This document shows positions 31,954-42,041 of a stretch of DNA of 64,000 nt, piece after piece. This stretch comes from an uncultured Clostridium sp. (GTDB lineage: Bacteria; Bacillota; Clostridia; TANB77; CAG-508), in NCBI GenBank assembly GCA_947571115.1, contig CANOWW010000006.1, forward strand, positions 11,902 to 75,901. Reading direction: 5' to 3'. The position numbers and the translations under genes are program-made. Below the pieces are notes generated by a model. It searched no databases and had not been told where the DNA came from. It was given only the letters and a program-made list of their open reading frames with translations. Position 1 is the first letter of the stretch; each line of letters begins with the position of its first letter.

Positions 31954-33366
31954 TTAAAATCCAATTTTTCGCTTATTTTCAGCTTGATATTTACTTAAAT
32001 TTCTCTGCTTTAACATTTCTATATCCTCCAAAACAATCTCATTTGTATTTTTCAAATCATTATTTTTTGTTACTCGACTTGCTTGTATTATTTTCAGTTG
32101 CTCTGCAATATTTCTAATTTCTCTTGCATTTCCAAAATTTTTAACTTTTCTAATATCCAAAAAGTATTGAGTTAAGACCTGTTTACATTTTTCATTCACA
32201 AACAAATTATCTTCTTCTAAATACTTTTCAAATATTGCAAAAAGTTCATCATTTGTATAATTTTCAAAATCTATCACAAAATTTACTCTACTTTTCAAAC
32301 CTGAATTCATTTCAATAAATTCCTTCATCTCATTTGTATAACCTGCGAAAATGACGCAAAGTTTATCTTTTCGATTTTCCATTTCACGAATTAAAATATC
32401 AATCACATTATGTCCGTAATCTCTTGAATATTTATCTGAATAAAGTGAATATGCTTCGTCAATAAACAAGATTCCACCTGTTGCTTTTTCAATTATCTGC
32501 ATCGTCTTTTCTTCGGTTTCTCCAATATGTCTGCCAACCAAATCTGCTCTTGTCACTTCCACAAAAATTTTTTCATTACTTAATATTTTCATTTCAGATA
32601 ATATTTCTCCAAACAACCTTGCAACTGTCGTTTTTCCTGTTCCTGGATTGCCAAGAAAAAACATATGCAACATTGGAATCTTATTTTTAAATTTTTGCAA
32701 TTTCAAATAAGCAATAATCTCATTTAACGTTGTTTTTACTTTTGATAAACCAACTAATTTTTGCAATTCTTCCATTGCATTTTTTGTTTTCTCTTCTTTT
32801 AAAAATTCTGCAAAATAACTGTCTTTCACAATGTGGCTTTTCAATTTATTGGCTTCGCTACATGCTATTAAAACTGCTTTTTTAGCCTCTTGTATGTTTT
32901 GCTTAGAGAAAAACTCTAAAATATCTGAATTTTTCTCTAACTCAAAACCGTTTTCATAAATCATATTAAAAAGTATTGCCTTGTTCATTTCTTCCAAAGT
33001 TCCATTGTTTAAATCTATTATCCAATAAAAATCACTGTATCTCTTGTCTATTGGTAAAAATTTTTCTTTCGCAGTTTTGACAATATAGACATCTTCTCTA
33101 AAAGTCGTTGTAAATCTCTCGTCATTTTTAATTTCTATATAAATATCACTCAATTTACTTTTCAAAATATCTTCAATTAAACTTGCAACTTTCTCTAAAT
33201 AAATTTGCGTATAATCATTGATTACCACATGATAATTCTTGATTGAAAAATCCTTTTCAACCGTTAAATCAACATATTTTAAATAATGATATAATTCTCT
33301 TTTGGCTTTTTCATGAATTGCTAAAGCACGAATTTTCTTTTTGATTGCTCTATTTGGGTTCATCAT
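31954..33366 (-). CDS. SpoVK/CbbX-type AAA+ ATPase
   Basis: Walker A GNPGTGKTTVARLFGEIL, Walker B ILFIDEAYSL and arginine finger region. N-terminal helical domain. Length 470 aa. Confidence 0.7.
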   Translation of the reverse strand: MMNPNRAIKKKIRALAIHEKAKRELYHYLKYVDLTVEKDFSIKNYHVVINDYTQIYLEKVASLIEDILKSKLSDIYIEIKNDERFTTTFREDVYIVKTAKEKFLPIDKRYSDFYWIIDLNNGTLEEMNKAILFNMIYENGFELEKNSDILEFFSKQNIQEAKKAVLIACSEANKLKSHIVKDSYFAEFLKEEKTKNAMEELQKLVGLSKVKTTLNEIIAYLKLQKFKNKIPMLHMFFLGNPGTGKTTVARLFGEILSEMKILSNEKIFVEVTRADLVGRHIGETEEKTMQIIEKATGGILFIDEAYSLYSDKYSRDYGHNVIDILIREMENRKDKLCVIFAGYTNEMKEFIEMNSGLKSRVNFVIDFENYTNDELFAIFEKYLEEDNLFVNEKCKQVLTQYFLDIRKVKNFGNAREIRNIAEQLKIIQASRVTKNNDLKNTNEIVLEDIEMLKQRNLSKYQAENKRKIGF

Positions 33367-33653
33367 TAATCTTTATCCAACATTCTTAATATTCTAAAAC
33401 AATTTTTATAGCCTTGTTTGTATAAAAACATACTTTCTATATACATTAATTCATAAAAGCAATCAAAAAACTCGTCTTCCAATTTATCTTTATCCTTCTT
33501 ATCTTTTATCAAATCATTTAGAAATTTATGTAATTTTTCTAGTAAATCTCTATATTTCTCATTTTTCTTTTGTACTATTCTACTATATTCATTTTTGCTT
33601 TCCTGTAGAAAATAATCAATATTTTCCTGAAATTCATCTCTTAATTTTGTCAT
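33366..33653 (-). CDS. Small hypothetical protein (95 aa), translationally coupled to the AAA+ ATPase
   Basis: Its stop overlaps the downstream AAA+ start at 33366. Alpha-helical and charged. Confidence 0.4.
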   Translation of the reverse strand: MTKLRDEFQENIDYFLQESKNEYSRIVQKKNEKYRDLLEKLHKFLNDLIKDKKDKDKLEDEFFDCFYELMYIESMFLYKQGYKNCFRILRMLDKD

Positions 33654-33801
33654 AAAAATCCTCTCCTTTTTAAAAAATTTTCAAATTTTAGTTGAAAGTA
33701 GAGGACTACATATGCTATAATATTTATGTAGTTCTACTTTCAGTAGGACTGCCTTTGGAAGCGGTGTCGGAAAGGTTTGGCTACCAAGACACCTCTTCTT
33801 T

Positions 33802-34026
33802 TTATTTGTCCAATTTTCTAATTCCTCTACGAATACCTTCCATTTTTGAAATATTTTCCTTTTTGCAATAATTTTCCAATATCTCAAAAGTATCTTTATC
33901 CATTCTTACTGCAAGTCTAATATTCTTAGGGTTATCTGTTGGACGTCCTAACTTTTTGTTAGCCATTTTTCCTCCCTTCTTTTTGGCTGCCATAAATATA
34001 TTAACATTTTGGTCACCAAAAGTCAA
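33802..34026 (-). CDS. Ribbon-helix-helix (CopG-like) DNA-binding protein
   Basis: The likely real start is MANKKLGRPTDNPKNIRLAVRMDKDTFEILENYCKKENISKMEGIRRGIRKL, at about 33946. It shows the typical RHH beta-strand plus two helices. Confidence 0.45.
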   Translation of the reverse strand: MTFGDQNVNIFMAAKKKGGKMANKKLGRPTDNPKNIRLAVRMDKDTFEILENYCKKENISKMEGIRRGIRKLDK

Positions 34027-34126
34027 GGATTTTTTTAATTTTTTCTAAAAGTAGGATAAATTTCAAATCACTGGGTGATTTCTTACCATTTTTACTCCTA
34101 TTTTTAAATTTGTAAACATAAGCAAA

Positions 34127-34630
34127 TTAGCTTAAATTTAATAATTCTTTTAATGTATTCTCTGTAATTTTATGGTTTTCCTGTCGATAAAAATTTTTAA
34201 TCTTTTTAGATTGCATTTCTGAAATTTTAATATTTTCATTAACTATTAATTGATAAACTATGTTTTGTTCTTTTTTTCCTAAAAATGAAAGATGTTGTGC
34301 AACTTTTAAAGAAATTTTATGACTATCTAATATGTTTTGCAATTCCTGAATTAAATAATTAAATCTTAAATGTCTTTGAATGTTTCCCATTGAGGTATGT
34401 TGTTCCTTTACCATTTTATCCATAATTTCTTTATACTTTAACCCCATTTTCTTTAAAGCCAGCATTTTTAATTTATATGCTCTTGCTCTTTCTGTTGGTT
34501 TAATCTCTTTTCTTCTAAAACTATCTAAATATTGTTGCATTTTCTCATCATTTCGTATTCTTTCAAATTCTTCCATAGTCCTATTGCGAACTTCCTGACA
34601 GATTTTTTCTTCATTTTTTAAATTGTTCAT
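34127..34630 (-). CDS. ParB-like HTH DNA-binding protein (KorB/ParB C-terminal-type, no N-terminal ParB/Srx domain)
   Basis: The region MGNIQRHLRFNYLIQELQNILDSHKISLKVAQHLSFL matches the ParB helix-turn-helix and its following region. Confidence 0.45.
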   Translation of the reverse strand: MNNLKNEEKICQEVRNRTMEEFERIRNDEKMQQYLDSFRRKEIKPTERARAYKLKMLALKKMGLKYKEIMDKMVKEQHTSMGNIQRHLRFNYLIQELQNILDSHKISLKVAQHLSFLGKKEQNIVYQLIVNENIKISEMQSKKIKNFYRQENHKITENTLKELLNLS

Positions 34631-34839
34631 ATTTATTTTCCTCCTAGTATAATAAATTTGAAGTAATTTACTTCATATATTTATTTTAGAACATATTTTG
34701 TTTTAAAAAAAGAAAGCAAAAAGAAAGGCAAAAAACAATAACTTGTAATAATTTGATTATAAATATACTAAAATCCTATAAATTTACCAAGTGAACTTTT
34801 AAACTCTAATCTAAGTCTTTGATTTGCAATTTAACTCTT

Positions 34840-34930
34840 TCTAAAACGCTTGCGTTTTATGTGTTTAAAGTCCAAACGTGAGTTGGACTTATCCTGCCTT
34901 TAGGGCTCACCAAAGGTAACTTGGTGAATT
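34840..34930. other. Cluster of three short hairpins in a non-coding gap between the ParB-like gene and the helicase gene (candidate parS/oriT-like or small RNA)
   Basis: The three hairpins are AAACGC / GCGTTT, AGTCCAA-ACGTGAG-TTGGACT, and TCACCAA-AGGTAAC-TTGGTGA. Confidence 0.25.
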
Positions 34931-35205
34931 TATATCAAAAATCACACATTTGATGAAATTCTACTAAGAACAAAATTTTTCTTATAAACTTCTGCCATAA
35001 TTTTATTGTGTTAGGTAGTTGAATACAAGACAAAAAGATTTGAAATACTTATAAAATACTGTTAGAAAAAATCTTGTTAACAAAAATTTGAAAAATACCA
35101 ATCCTCCAAAATAGAGTGGACCCATGAATAATTATAAGCCTTCAGTTGAAGAAATTATATTTAGAGAATTGATATATTATTAAAATAAAAGAGTAGCGAA
35201 GATAG

Positions 35206-36216
35206 CTACTCTCTATTTACTTTAGATATTGTGGAATATACATTCTTTGTTGTTCTAGTAATTGCTGTATATAAATTTTTAACATTTAGTGATTTTCCAA
35301 TAATAACTACATCTTGATTTATTGTACTCCCCTTGGATTTTTTTATGGTTTGTTTATCACCTTTCCATTTATCTAAAATTTCTTTATTTGAACCTGTATT
35401 AGAAGAATATAATAATACTCTTTTTCCGTTATCATACTGCAAAACATCTGAAAATTTAATTTCTTTATACTCGCCACTACTTGAATTTCCAAATATATCA
35501 ATATTTAAATTATTTCTTATCCATGCACAAATTTTATCTGAACATCTAAAAGTTTGATTTTTGTATTCATTAGCAGGCAAACTTTCAAACCATTGTCCTC
35601 CACCATTTATATTTTGATTATCATCTCCTAATAAAATTAATTTGATACTCGAGTTATATAATAGTTTTGCAAATTCTTCTCTATATGCTTTCAAATCCTG
35701 TGCCTCATCTATTATGATATATGAAAACCTAGCAGCAAGAAATTCAATAATCTTATCAGCATACTGTTTAATTATATAAAACGATAATTCTGCTCTCAAT
35801 TGGTTGGTTATATTTAGGCTATCCTTACCAAATATATATTTGATAAATTGACTATTAATAAAATTTTTCATTAAATGTAACTCATCATTCTTTATATTTA
35901 AATTTATAATTGTTTTCTTTTCTTTATTATATATACTACCATTTTCGTTTATCTTTATATTTGCAACTCCCTTTAAGTATGTTGGTAATATTTTGGAATC
36001 TCTATAATTAATAGTACTACCTGATGCAATCAATGGAATTGCAGATGTGAATTTAGGAATAATAAAACTAGAAAAAAGCGAGTCAATTGTTTTGCATAAA
36101 TATCCTTTATTTCTAAGTTCGTTTACAACACTATTATTAAATGCTAAATATATGCCATTTTTATGTTCATTCATATATTCTTCTGAATATGTAGTTTTTC
36201 CTGCACCAGCACACAT
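35206..36216 (-). CDS. UvrD-like (superfamily 1) helicase, GajB-like, N-terminally short
   Basis: Walker A sits at the extreme N-terminus (MCAGAGKTT). Motif II is IIIDEAQDL. The ATG directly abuts the upstream TAA. Length is 336 aa, whereas GajB is about 490 aa. Confidence 0.6.
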   Translation of the reverse strand: MCAGAGKTTYSEEYMNEHKNGIYLAFNNSVVNELRNKGYLCKTIDSLFSSFIIPKFTSAIPLIASGSTINYRDSKILPTYLKGVANIKINENGSIYNKEKKTIINLNIKNDELHLMKNFINSQFIKYIFGKDSLNITNQLRAELSFYIIKQYADKIIEFLAARFSYIIIDEAQDLKAYREEFAKLLYNSSIKLILLGDDNQNINGGGQWFESLPANEYKNQTFRCSDKICAWIRNNLNIDIFGNSSSGEYKEIKFSDVLQYDNGKRVLLYSSNTGSNKEILDKWKGDKQTIKKSKGSTINQDVVIIGKSLNVKNLYTAITRTTKNVYSTISKVNRE

Positions 36217-36582
36217 TTAATTACTTTTGAATTCATTTTTTATCTCCTCTATTGTGTGCCAATTACTTAAATCAATATCATTCTCAATTAATCTTTCGGC
36301 TATTTCAACTTTTTTCTTATGCTTTGCTACATGGAATTCAGAATATTTTTTATGTTTCTCTAACAAATCATTGCAATTATTTAAGAAACCATTTATGTAT
36401 AAATCAGTTTCTAAAGTATTTTCAATCTCAATCAATTTAATATTTTTCTCGGTACATAGCAACTTTAAATTACTAAACCTAGATGATGGTTCTTGCCTAT
36501 CTGATAATAATTTATCATTATCACTTACTACTATCACCTTTTTGTTTAATAGACTTGCTAACTGAATATACGGTTCAAACAT
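36217..36582 (-). CDS. TOPRIM-domain fragment of an OLD-family nuclease (GajA C-terminal-like)
   Basis: NVAGVMFEPYIQLASLLNKKVIVVSDNDKLL aligns with the GajA region LLEVGGTYFNHYVCTLNDLGITHIIKTDNDLK. The first TOPRIM strand with its Glu motif is missing. The frame differs from the upstream ATPase ORF. Confidence 0.5.
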   Translation of the reverse strand: MFEPYIQLASLLNKKVIVVSDNDKLLSDRQEPSSRFSNLKLLCTEKNIKLIEIENTLETDLYINGFLNNCNDLLEKHKKYSEFHVAKHKKKVEIAERLIENDIDLSNWHTIEEIKNEFKSN

Positions 36583-36626
36583 TACACCCGCAACATTTAT
36601 AATTGTCCAATTATAATTATTTTTAC

Positions 36627-37592
36627 TTAAATAATTCTTCCTGGATGTAAAAATGTATTTAATTTTTTTATATAAGTTTCATTTAGTGAATTAATACTTG
36701 TTCCTGAAATATCTATGATTTCTTCCATTTTTAATTCATTAATAACAACTGATGAATGAGTTGTTGAAATAATAATAGTGTTAGCTACATTTCTTAGTTC
36801 TCTTATTAAAGTTCTTATTAGAGCTGGATGAAGATGATTTTCAATTTCATCAATTAAGATTATATTGAAGTTTTCATCTAAAGTATTTAACATTATATTA
36901 GCTATGCTTTTATATCCTGATCCAATATGAAAATTGTGTTCTTTATTACCATCTACTATATACACTTTCTCATCTGAAATTTTGGGATCAGTCAATTCAA
37001 CATCTAAATTTTCATTAAATTTTTCACATAGTTCTTTAAATTTTTTTGTTTTGCTAGCTAACTCTTGCTTTATAGCTTTTTTAGAGTCAGCTTTTAATTC
37101 TTTATATCTTTCTTCTGAATCAATAAAAGTTGAAATACCTGTTGTTAATCCTGCTGTATAAATATCTTCTATTCTAATTAATGGTATTAAATATAAGTTT
37201 GGAATACATTCATCTTCTCTTACGATATCTACATCAATATTAGTTCCGTTTAATAATGAAAAGGTTTTAATATATCTTCCTGATTTAGTTTTCTTTATAC
37301 AAGTAATAAATCCGCATTTGTTTTGCCCATTATCATCAAAGTTAAGGCTAGATATTGAATTATATTGTAATTCAACACTTATTTTTATTACATTATTATC
37401 TTCACTATCTTTAAAATCACTATCTGATATTTTAAAATAACCATTAGTAATTGCTGAAAAAGCTAGTCTAATTCCATCCAATAGATTCGTTTTTCCCGAA
37501 TTGTTCTTTCCTATAATTACATTTAAAGTATTATTAAATTCATATTTTCCATCTAAATTTCTAAAGTTTTTAAAAGTTACACTTTTTATCAT
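36627..37592 (-). CDS. OLD-family/ABC-type ATPase domain (GajA N-terminal-like)
   Basis: Walker A IIGKNNSGKTNLLDGIRLAF, Walker B ILIDEIENHLHP and the H-loop region TTHS. Length 321 aa. Confidence 0.65.
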   Translation of the reverse strand: MIKSVTFKNFRNLDGKYEFNNTLNVIIGKNNSGKTNLLDGIRLAFSAITNGYFKISDSDFKDSEDNNVIKISVELQYNSISSLNFDDNGQNKCGFITCIKKTKSGRYIKTFSLLNGTNIDVDIVREDECIPNLYLIPLIRIEDIYTAGLTTGISTFIDSEERYKELKADSKKAIKQELASKTKKFKELCEKFNENLDVELTDPKISDEKVYIVDGNKEHNFHIGSGYKSIANIMLNTLDENFNIILIDEIENHLHPALIRTLIRELRNVANTIIISTTHSSVVINELKMEEIIDISGTSINSLNETYIKKLNTFLHPGRII

Positions 37593-37927
37593 AAATTACC
37601 TCTCACTTGCTTTTTACTAAATTTTCATACGTCTTCTCACTTTAGCTACATAATCAGATCCAGTCATTTTCTTCCAATAAAAGCCGTAAACTTCTATTAC
37701 TGGTTTATTATTTTCTTGATGTGCTTTTCGTAACTCTTTGTCATTGTTAGTTCATCATATAAATTGCTATTGAAACTTTTGAATATAAAGCTCTTCAATC
37801 TAATATTGCTCTCACATTTTTCTTTATTAAATCTAAAACAGGTATTTATTTTATTAAATAACATTAATAAATAGTTTTGAATAGTTAATTATTTATATCA
37901 CATAGATTGTTTGATGTAGTAATGCCT

Positions 37928-38977
37928 TTATTCTTCATTTTCTCTTAAAACTTTTTCAACTTCTTTTATCAATTGTTCTTTATCAGGAATACAATACGTA
38001 TATTGTGAAGCAAATATATTATTATTTAACCCTTCTAATGAATACTCTGCAACAATCTCATCTTTTTCCGCACATAATACAATTCCTATTGGCTTGTTAT
38101 CTTCTTCTGAATTTACTTCTTTTTCATAATAATTTAAATACATATTCATTTGTCCCATATTTTCTGGTTTCAAATGTCCTATTTTCAAATCAATTAATAC
38201 ATAGCATTTCAATATTTTATTATAAAATACCATATCTACATAGTAATGCGTATTTCCTAATGTTACTCTTTGTTGTGAACCAACAAACATAAATCCTTTG
38301 CCTAATTCAAGTAAAAAATCTTCAATATGCTTAATCAATTTATATTCTAAATCTTTTTCTAGTACAGGTTTATTTTCTGGTATTCCTAAAAATTCAAATA
38401 CGTATGGATCTTTTAATATATCTTGTGGTTTTTCTATTACCTGTCCTTCTTTTGCTAATTTTAAAACTTTTTCTTTATTTACTTTTCCATCAGATAATAA
38501 TAATCTTTCATAAAGTGACGATTCTATCTGCCTTTTTAATTCTCTAACAGCCCATTTTGAATTGACACATTCTTTTTCATAAAAGTCTCTTTTTTCCTTT
38601 TCTTTAATCAGCACCAATTCGCAATAATGCGACCAAGACAATTTGCCAGACGTCTGGCATTTTGGATAATATTGATAAAAAAGTCTCATATTTTGTAAAT
38701 TTGTACGAGAAAATCCTTTTCCTAATTCATTTTTTAATTTTTTAGACAAATTAAGTAATAAACCTTTTCCATATTCTGCCTTGCTATTTCCGTTTTGTTC
38801 TTCTTCTACGATTTTTCTCCCAATAGCCCAATAACATTTTAATTGTTCATGAATCATTTCGTCTTTTAACTTTTCCCTAGATTTTATCACTAATTCTGTT
38901 ATTTCCTTTGATAAATTATCTAGTATTAACTCATTATTATCCATTAGATTTCCTCCATTTTTCAAGCATTTTATCAT
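37928..38977 (-). CDS. DUF1016/YhcG-family PDDEXK nuclease-fold protein
   Basis: N-terminal region ...YWAIGRKIVEEEQNGNSKAEYGKGLLLNLSKKL..GKGFSRTNLQNMRLFYQYYP matches the DUF1016 N-domain. The C-terminal PD-(D/E)XK-like core is ...YVDMVFYNKILKCYVLIDLKIG. Confidence 0.65.
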   Translation of the reverse strand: MIKCLKNGGNLMDNNELILDNLSKEITELVIKSREKLKDEMIHEQLKCYWAIGRKIVEEEQNGNSKAEYGKGLLLNLSKKLKNELGKGFSRTNLQNMRLFYQYYPKCQTSGKLSWSHYCELVLIKEKEKRDFYEKECVNSKWAVRELKRQIESSLYERLLLSDGKVNKEKVLKLAKEGQVIEKPQDILKDPYVFEFLGIPENKPVLEKDLEYKLIKHIEDFLLELGKGFMFVGSQQRVTLGNTHYYVDMVFYNKILKCYVLIDLKIGHLKPENMGQMNMYLNYYEKEVNSEEDNKPIGIVLCAEKDEIVAEYSLEGLNNNIFASQYTYCIPDKEQLIKEVEKVLRENEE

Positions 38978-39055
38978 ATTTTTTTACTTTTGTATATATT
39001 TTCTACGAATTTACCAGACGTCTGGCAAATTGAATTTTTTATCTTTTTTTCAAAT

Positions 39056-40012
39056 CTATCTTAAACATTCTTCCAAAAACTTATAAACTACTTCCTTTTC
39101 TGTATCATTAAATTTATGTTCATCATCAAATCTAATTAATTTAAAATTAGGATTATCTTCAACTGTTTTCTCGATTTTATCAATTCCTGTCAAAGGGCAA
39201 TGTCTATCATCTTTCAAACCAGTTGTCATAATTAATTTTCTATTTTGAACAATATCATTAATAATACTATCCATATCACAATATTTTAGTAAATTAGGAA
39301 TACATAACCATGCATTGTTTTGATAACCATTCGCTAAAAAATCTTCGATACAACTTGTTCCACATGAAGATGCTACAACTTTTATTCTCTCGTCAAACCA
39401 TGAAATCCATATTGCTTCTTGACCTCCAAGAGAATGACCAATTGCACCAATTCGATTAGAATCCACAATATCAAAACTACAAAGTACATCTATCGCTCTA
39501 CTTAAATCTGTTAACGTTTTTGCTTGTAATGTAGAACCTTTATTCAGATATTTGATTGCCTGAAACCTTTCAAAAAATCTATGTGCCTCTTTATTTTCTT
39601 TGTATTGTTCTTTGTATTGTTCGTTTCCGATTCTACTTTCAAAACATAATATGTCTGGTGCAATGACAACATATCCTTGCTTTACTAAATCTAGTCCATA
39701 AGAATACATTTCATCATTTGTTAATCCAACAACTTCGGACTTTCCAATCTCCCAATTACTATGATGTTGATGTATAGCCAATATTCCTGGAACTTTTCCA
39801 ACAATATTTTTAGGAATTAGTACATAAGCTTGTACTTTTTCAATAATTTTATTATCTTGCACTCTGATTTTTTCATCACACTTTTCAACTGTATATTCAA
39901 TTAATTTTCTCTCATAATCTCCCATATTTTCGGAAGATATTTCTCTTATGTCTAAATCAACTTTTTCTGGAAAATCTCCTAAGCATTTCAGAATATCATT
40001 TCTATTAGCCAC
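39056..40012 (-). CDS. Alpha/beta hydrolase (dienelactone-hydrolase/esterase-like)
   Basis: Nucleophile elbow GHSLGG. Length 318 aa with alpha/beta-hydrolase-fold spacing. Confidence 0.6.
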   Translation of the reverse strand: MANRNDILKCLGDFPEKVDLDIREISSENMGDYERKLIEYTVEKCDEKIRVQDNKIIEKVQAYVLIPKNIVGKVPGILAIHQHHSNWEIGKSEVVGLTNDEMYSYGLDLVKQGYVVIAPDILCFESRIGNEQYKEQYKENKEAHRFFERFQAIKYLNKGSTLQAKTLTDLSRAIDVLCSFDIVDSNRIGAIGHSLGGQEAIWISWFDERIKVVASSCGTSCIEDFLANGYQNNAWLCIPNLLKYCDMDSIINDIVQNRKLIMTTGLKDDRHCPLTGIDKIEKTVEDNPNFKLIRFDDEHKFNDTEKEVVYKFLEECLR

Positions 40013-40013
40013 T

Positions 40014-40787
40014 TTATTGTCCTCCTATTATTTCTAATTTGTTATTATCAAATTTATAGTGATATATATGAACAGATTTCCCATCATTTACGCCTATTAT
40101 AGAACCTTTTTCATCCCATATTTTATATACAAATGGCTCTTGAAAGTGCTGTTTTAAGAAATTATATACCTGTACATATAATAGATTATACATATCTGTT
40201 TCATCAATATCTTCAACGTTTTGCAGTTTTTCATGATTTGTTAGTTTTTTAATAATCTTCCAACCCAAATAATTTTCTTCCATTTTATATGGTTCAAATC
40301 CCATATCCATATATACTTTTACAGCTAACCAAGTATGCGTTTGAGTATGTAATAATGTTTTTTTATGCCCTAATCTTCTCATTTGTTTTAAAGTTTCTGA
40401 TATTAAAGGCTTTGATAAATGTTTGCCTTGATATTCTCTTTTTACTGATACCCAATGAACATTACCTGTAATGTCATTTTCTGGTTTATCTAAATAAAAA
40501 GCCGTTGAAGTAGCAATTTTATCTCCATTTTGATTCTCAATAAAAATACACATTTTCTTCAATTCCTCATAATGCATTCCATAATAATGATGAAAGGCTT
40601 CCATTCCTTCCTCAAAAGATAAAAATTCTCCTGCTGACATTTCTATTTCAACCCAATCTTTTTCATCTCCATCATTAAAATATACAAATCTATAACCATC
40701 TGGTAACTTATAATCGATTATATTATCTAAATCATTATGAACTAAATATAGATTCACATATTTCAATGTTCTATTGATACTATCCAT
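40014..40787 (-). CDS. GNAT-family N-acetyltransferase
   Basis: The C-terminal region ...HWVSVKREYQGKHLSKPLISETLKQMRRLGHKKTLLHTQTHTWLAVKVYMDMGFE matches the GNAT motif A/B region. Confidence 0.55.
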   Translation of the reverse strand: MDSINRTLKYVNLYLVHNDLDNIIDYKLPDGYRFVYFNDGDEKDWVEIEMSAGEFLSFEEGMEAFHHYYGMHYEELKKMCIFIENQNGDKIATSTAFYLDKPENDITGNVHWVSVKREYQGKHLSKPLISETLKQMRRLGHKKTLLHTQTHTWLAVKVYMDMGFEPYKMEENYLGWKIIKKLTNHEKLQNVEDIDETDMYNLLYVQVYNFLKQHFQEPFVYKIWDEKGSIIGVNDGKSVHIYHYKFDNNKLEIIGGQ

Positions 40788-40802
40788 AATTCCTCCTATA
40801 TT

Positions 40803-41294
40803 TTATTTTCTTTCAAAACAATACCATACATCCATTTCGTCTTTACTTGGCTTCTCAAATTTATTTAGAACTTTTTTCTTCAACCCCTCATCAACATAAA
40901 AATCCGAACCACCATTTCCAGCCTCAACTTTTCTATTTCTTTCGTTAATATTTTCTTCCCATAAATCATCTTTAATATCAATGTAATGCCATTCAATATT
41001 AACATTTTTACTCTTAAAATATTCTGTTACTTCATTTCTTTGCTTTTTAGTCCAAAATCCCCAATCTAAAATAATATTACATCCTATTTTTACAAGTTCC
41101 ACTGACTTTTTCATTAAATATTTATTTACTTTTAAGCAAAAATCATCATAAGATTCGCCTTGTTCATTATCAATCAAATCATAAGTTACTTCATCAGTTG
41201 ATAAAATAACCGCGTTTTCTTTTTCCTTTATTGAATCAGCGTAGCATGTTTTTCCGCTACATATTTTACCACATATTGCAATTATTTTACTCAT
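40803..41294 (-). CDS. P-loop NTPase / small kinase-like protein
   Basis: The likely start is MSKIIAICGKICSGKT (Walker A), with a GGAGGA ribosome-binding site 5 nt upstream. It sits 1 nt from the stop of the SWIM-domain ORF. Confidence 0.55.
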   Translation of the reverse strand: MSKIIAICGKICSGKTCYADSIKEKENAVILSTDEVTYDLIDNEQGESYDDFCLKVNKYLMKKSVELVKIGCNIILDWGFWTKKQRNEVTEYFKSKNVNIEWHYIDIKDDLWEENINERNRKVEAGNGGSDFYVDEGLKKKVLNKFEKPSKDEMDVWYCFERK

Positions 41295-41295
41295 T

Positions 41296-41910
41296 CTATT
41301 CCTCCGCTTTTCCAAAATTATCCAATTCTTCCTCGAACATTTCTTCAATAACAACTGAAAAATCCCTTAAAACATTATTTTTAATTGCCTCATTTAGCCA
41401 ATCCAAAATCTCTTTCTTTATATTTTTATCTTTGCATTTTTGCAATATTTCTTGAATAATCTCTGCACAATCACTTGCCATAAGGAACATATTCCCATCA
41501 TAATCATCAATATCTAAATTTGGTATTTTTTCTAATATTAAAATTGCTATCCAAAAAGATACTTGATATTCTTTTTTCTCAATTAAATCTTCTGCTTCTT
41601 GTATATAAACATACATTCGTTCTAAAAATCGATTTACTTTATGAAAAGCAATAAAACCAGTTCTTCCCATTGCTCGCTCTATCGTTCTCGATATTCTTTT
41701 TTCATAAGCCTCTTTTGAATTTTCTTCAAAATCTTGTCTCTCTATTTTCTTTTTATCTTTTATATTTTCCTCTTTTTCAATATAATACAAAAATGCTGCC
41801 ATATGTTTACAATTCTCTCTTCTTCCATAAGGGCAAGTGCATTTCGCATTCACAATTTCTCCCTGCTCATCTATTTCTACTCTCACCTTATATTCTTCTG
41901 TTCCATCCAC
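41296..41910 (-). CDS. SWIM zinc-finger domain protein
   Basis: The segment AKCTCPYGRRENCKHMAAFLYYI carries the CxCxnCxH SWIM signature. Length 204 aa. Confidence 0.55.
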   Translation of the reverse strand: MDGTEEYKVRVEIDEQGEIVNAKCTCPYGRRENCKHMAAFLYYIEKEENIKDKKKIERQDFEENSKEAYEKRISRTIERAMGRTGFIAFHKVNRFLERMYVYIQEAEDLIEKKEYQVSFWIAILILEKIPNLDIDDYDGNMFLMASDCAEIIQEILQKCKDKNIKKEILDWLNEAIKNNVLRDFSVVIEEMFEEELDNFGKAEE

Positions 41911-42041
41911 TAATCCTTCATAGCAATTGCCATCTTTCGTGACATCATATATTAAATCTTGTTTATAATATTGATATCCTCTTTTTAAAATTTCCCATCA
42001 AATAAATCTTCAAACTTTAACTCCATAAATTTCCTCTTTCA

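Noticed and set aside
33681-33887. 68-aa ORF overlapping the RHH gene region
   Set aside because: It sits in an alternative frame overlapping a better-supported RHH ORF. It has no ribosome-binding site or motif.
36583-36700. GajA-like ATPase/TOPRIM split as another CC-G insertion artefact
   Set aside because: The only CCG nearby is at about 36588-36590. Removing its G puts a stop in the upstream frame and does not join the two ORFs. The junction also lacks the first TOPRIM strand, so a deletion or a genuinely split architecture is more likely.
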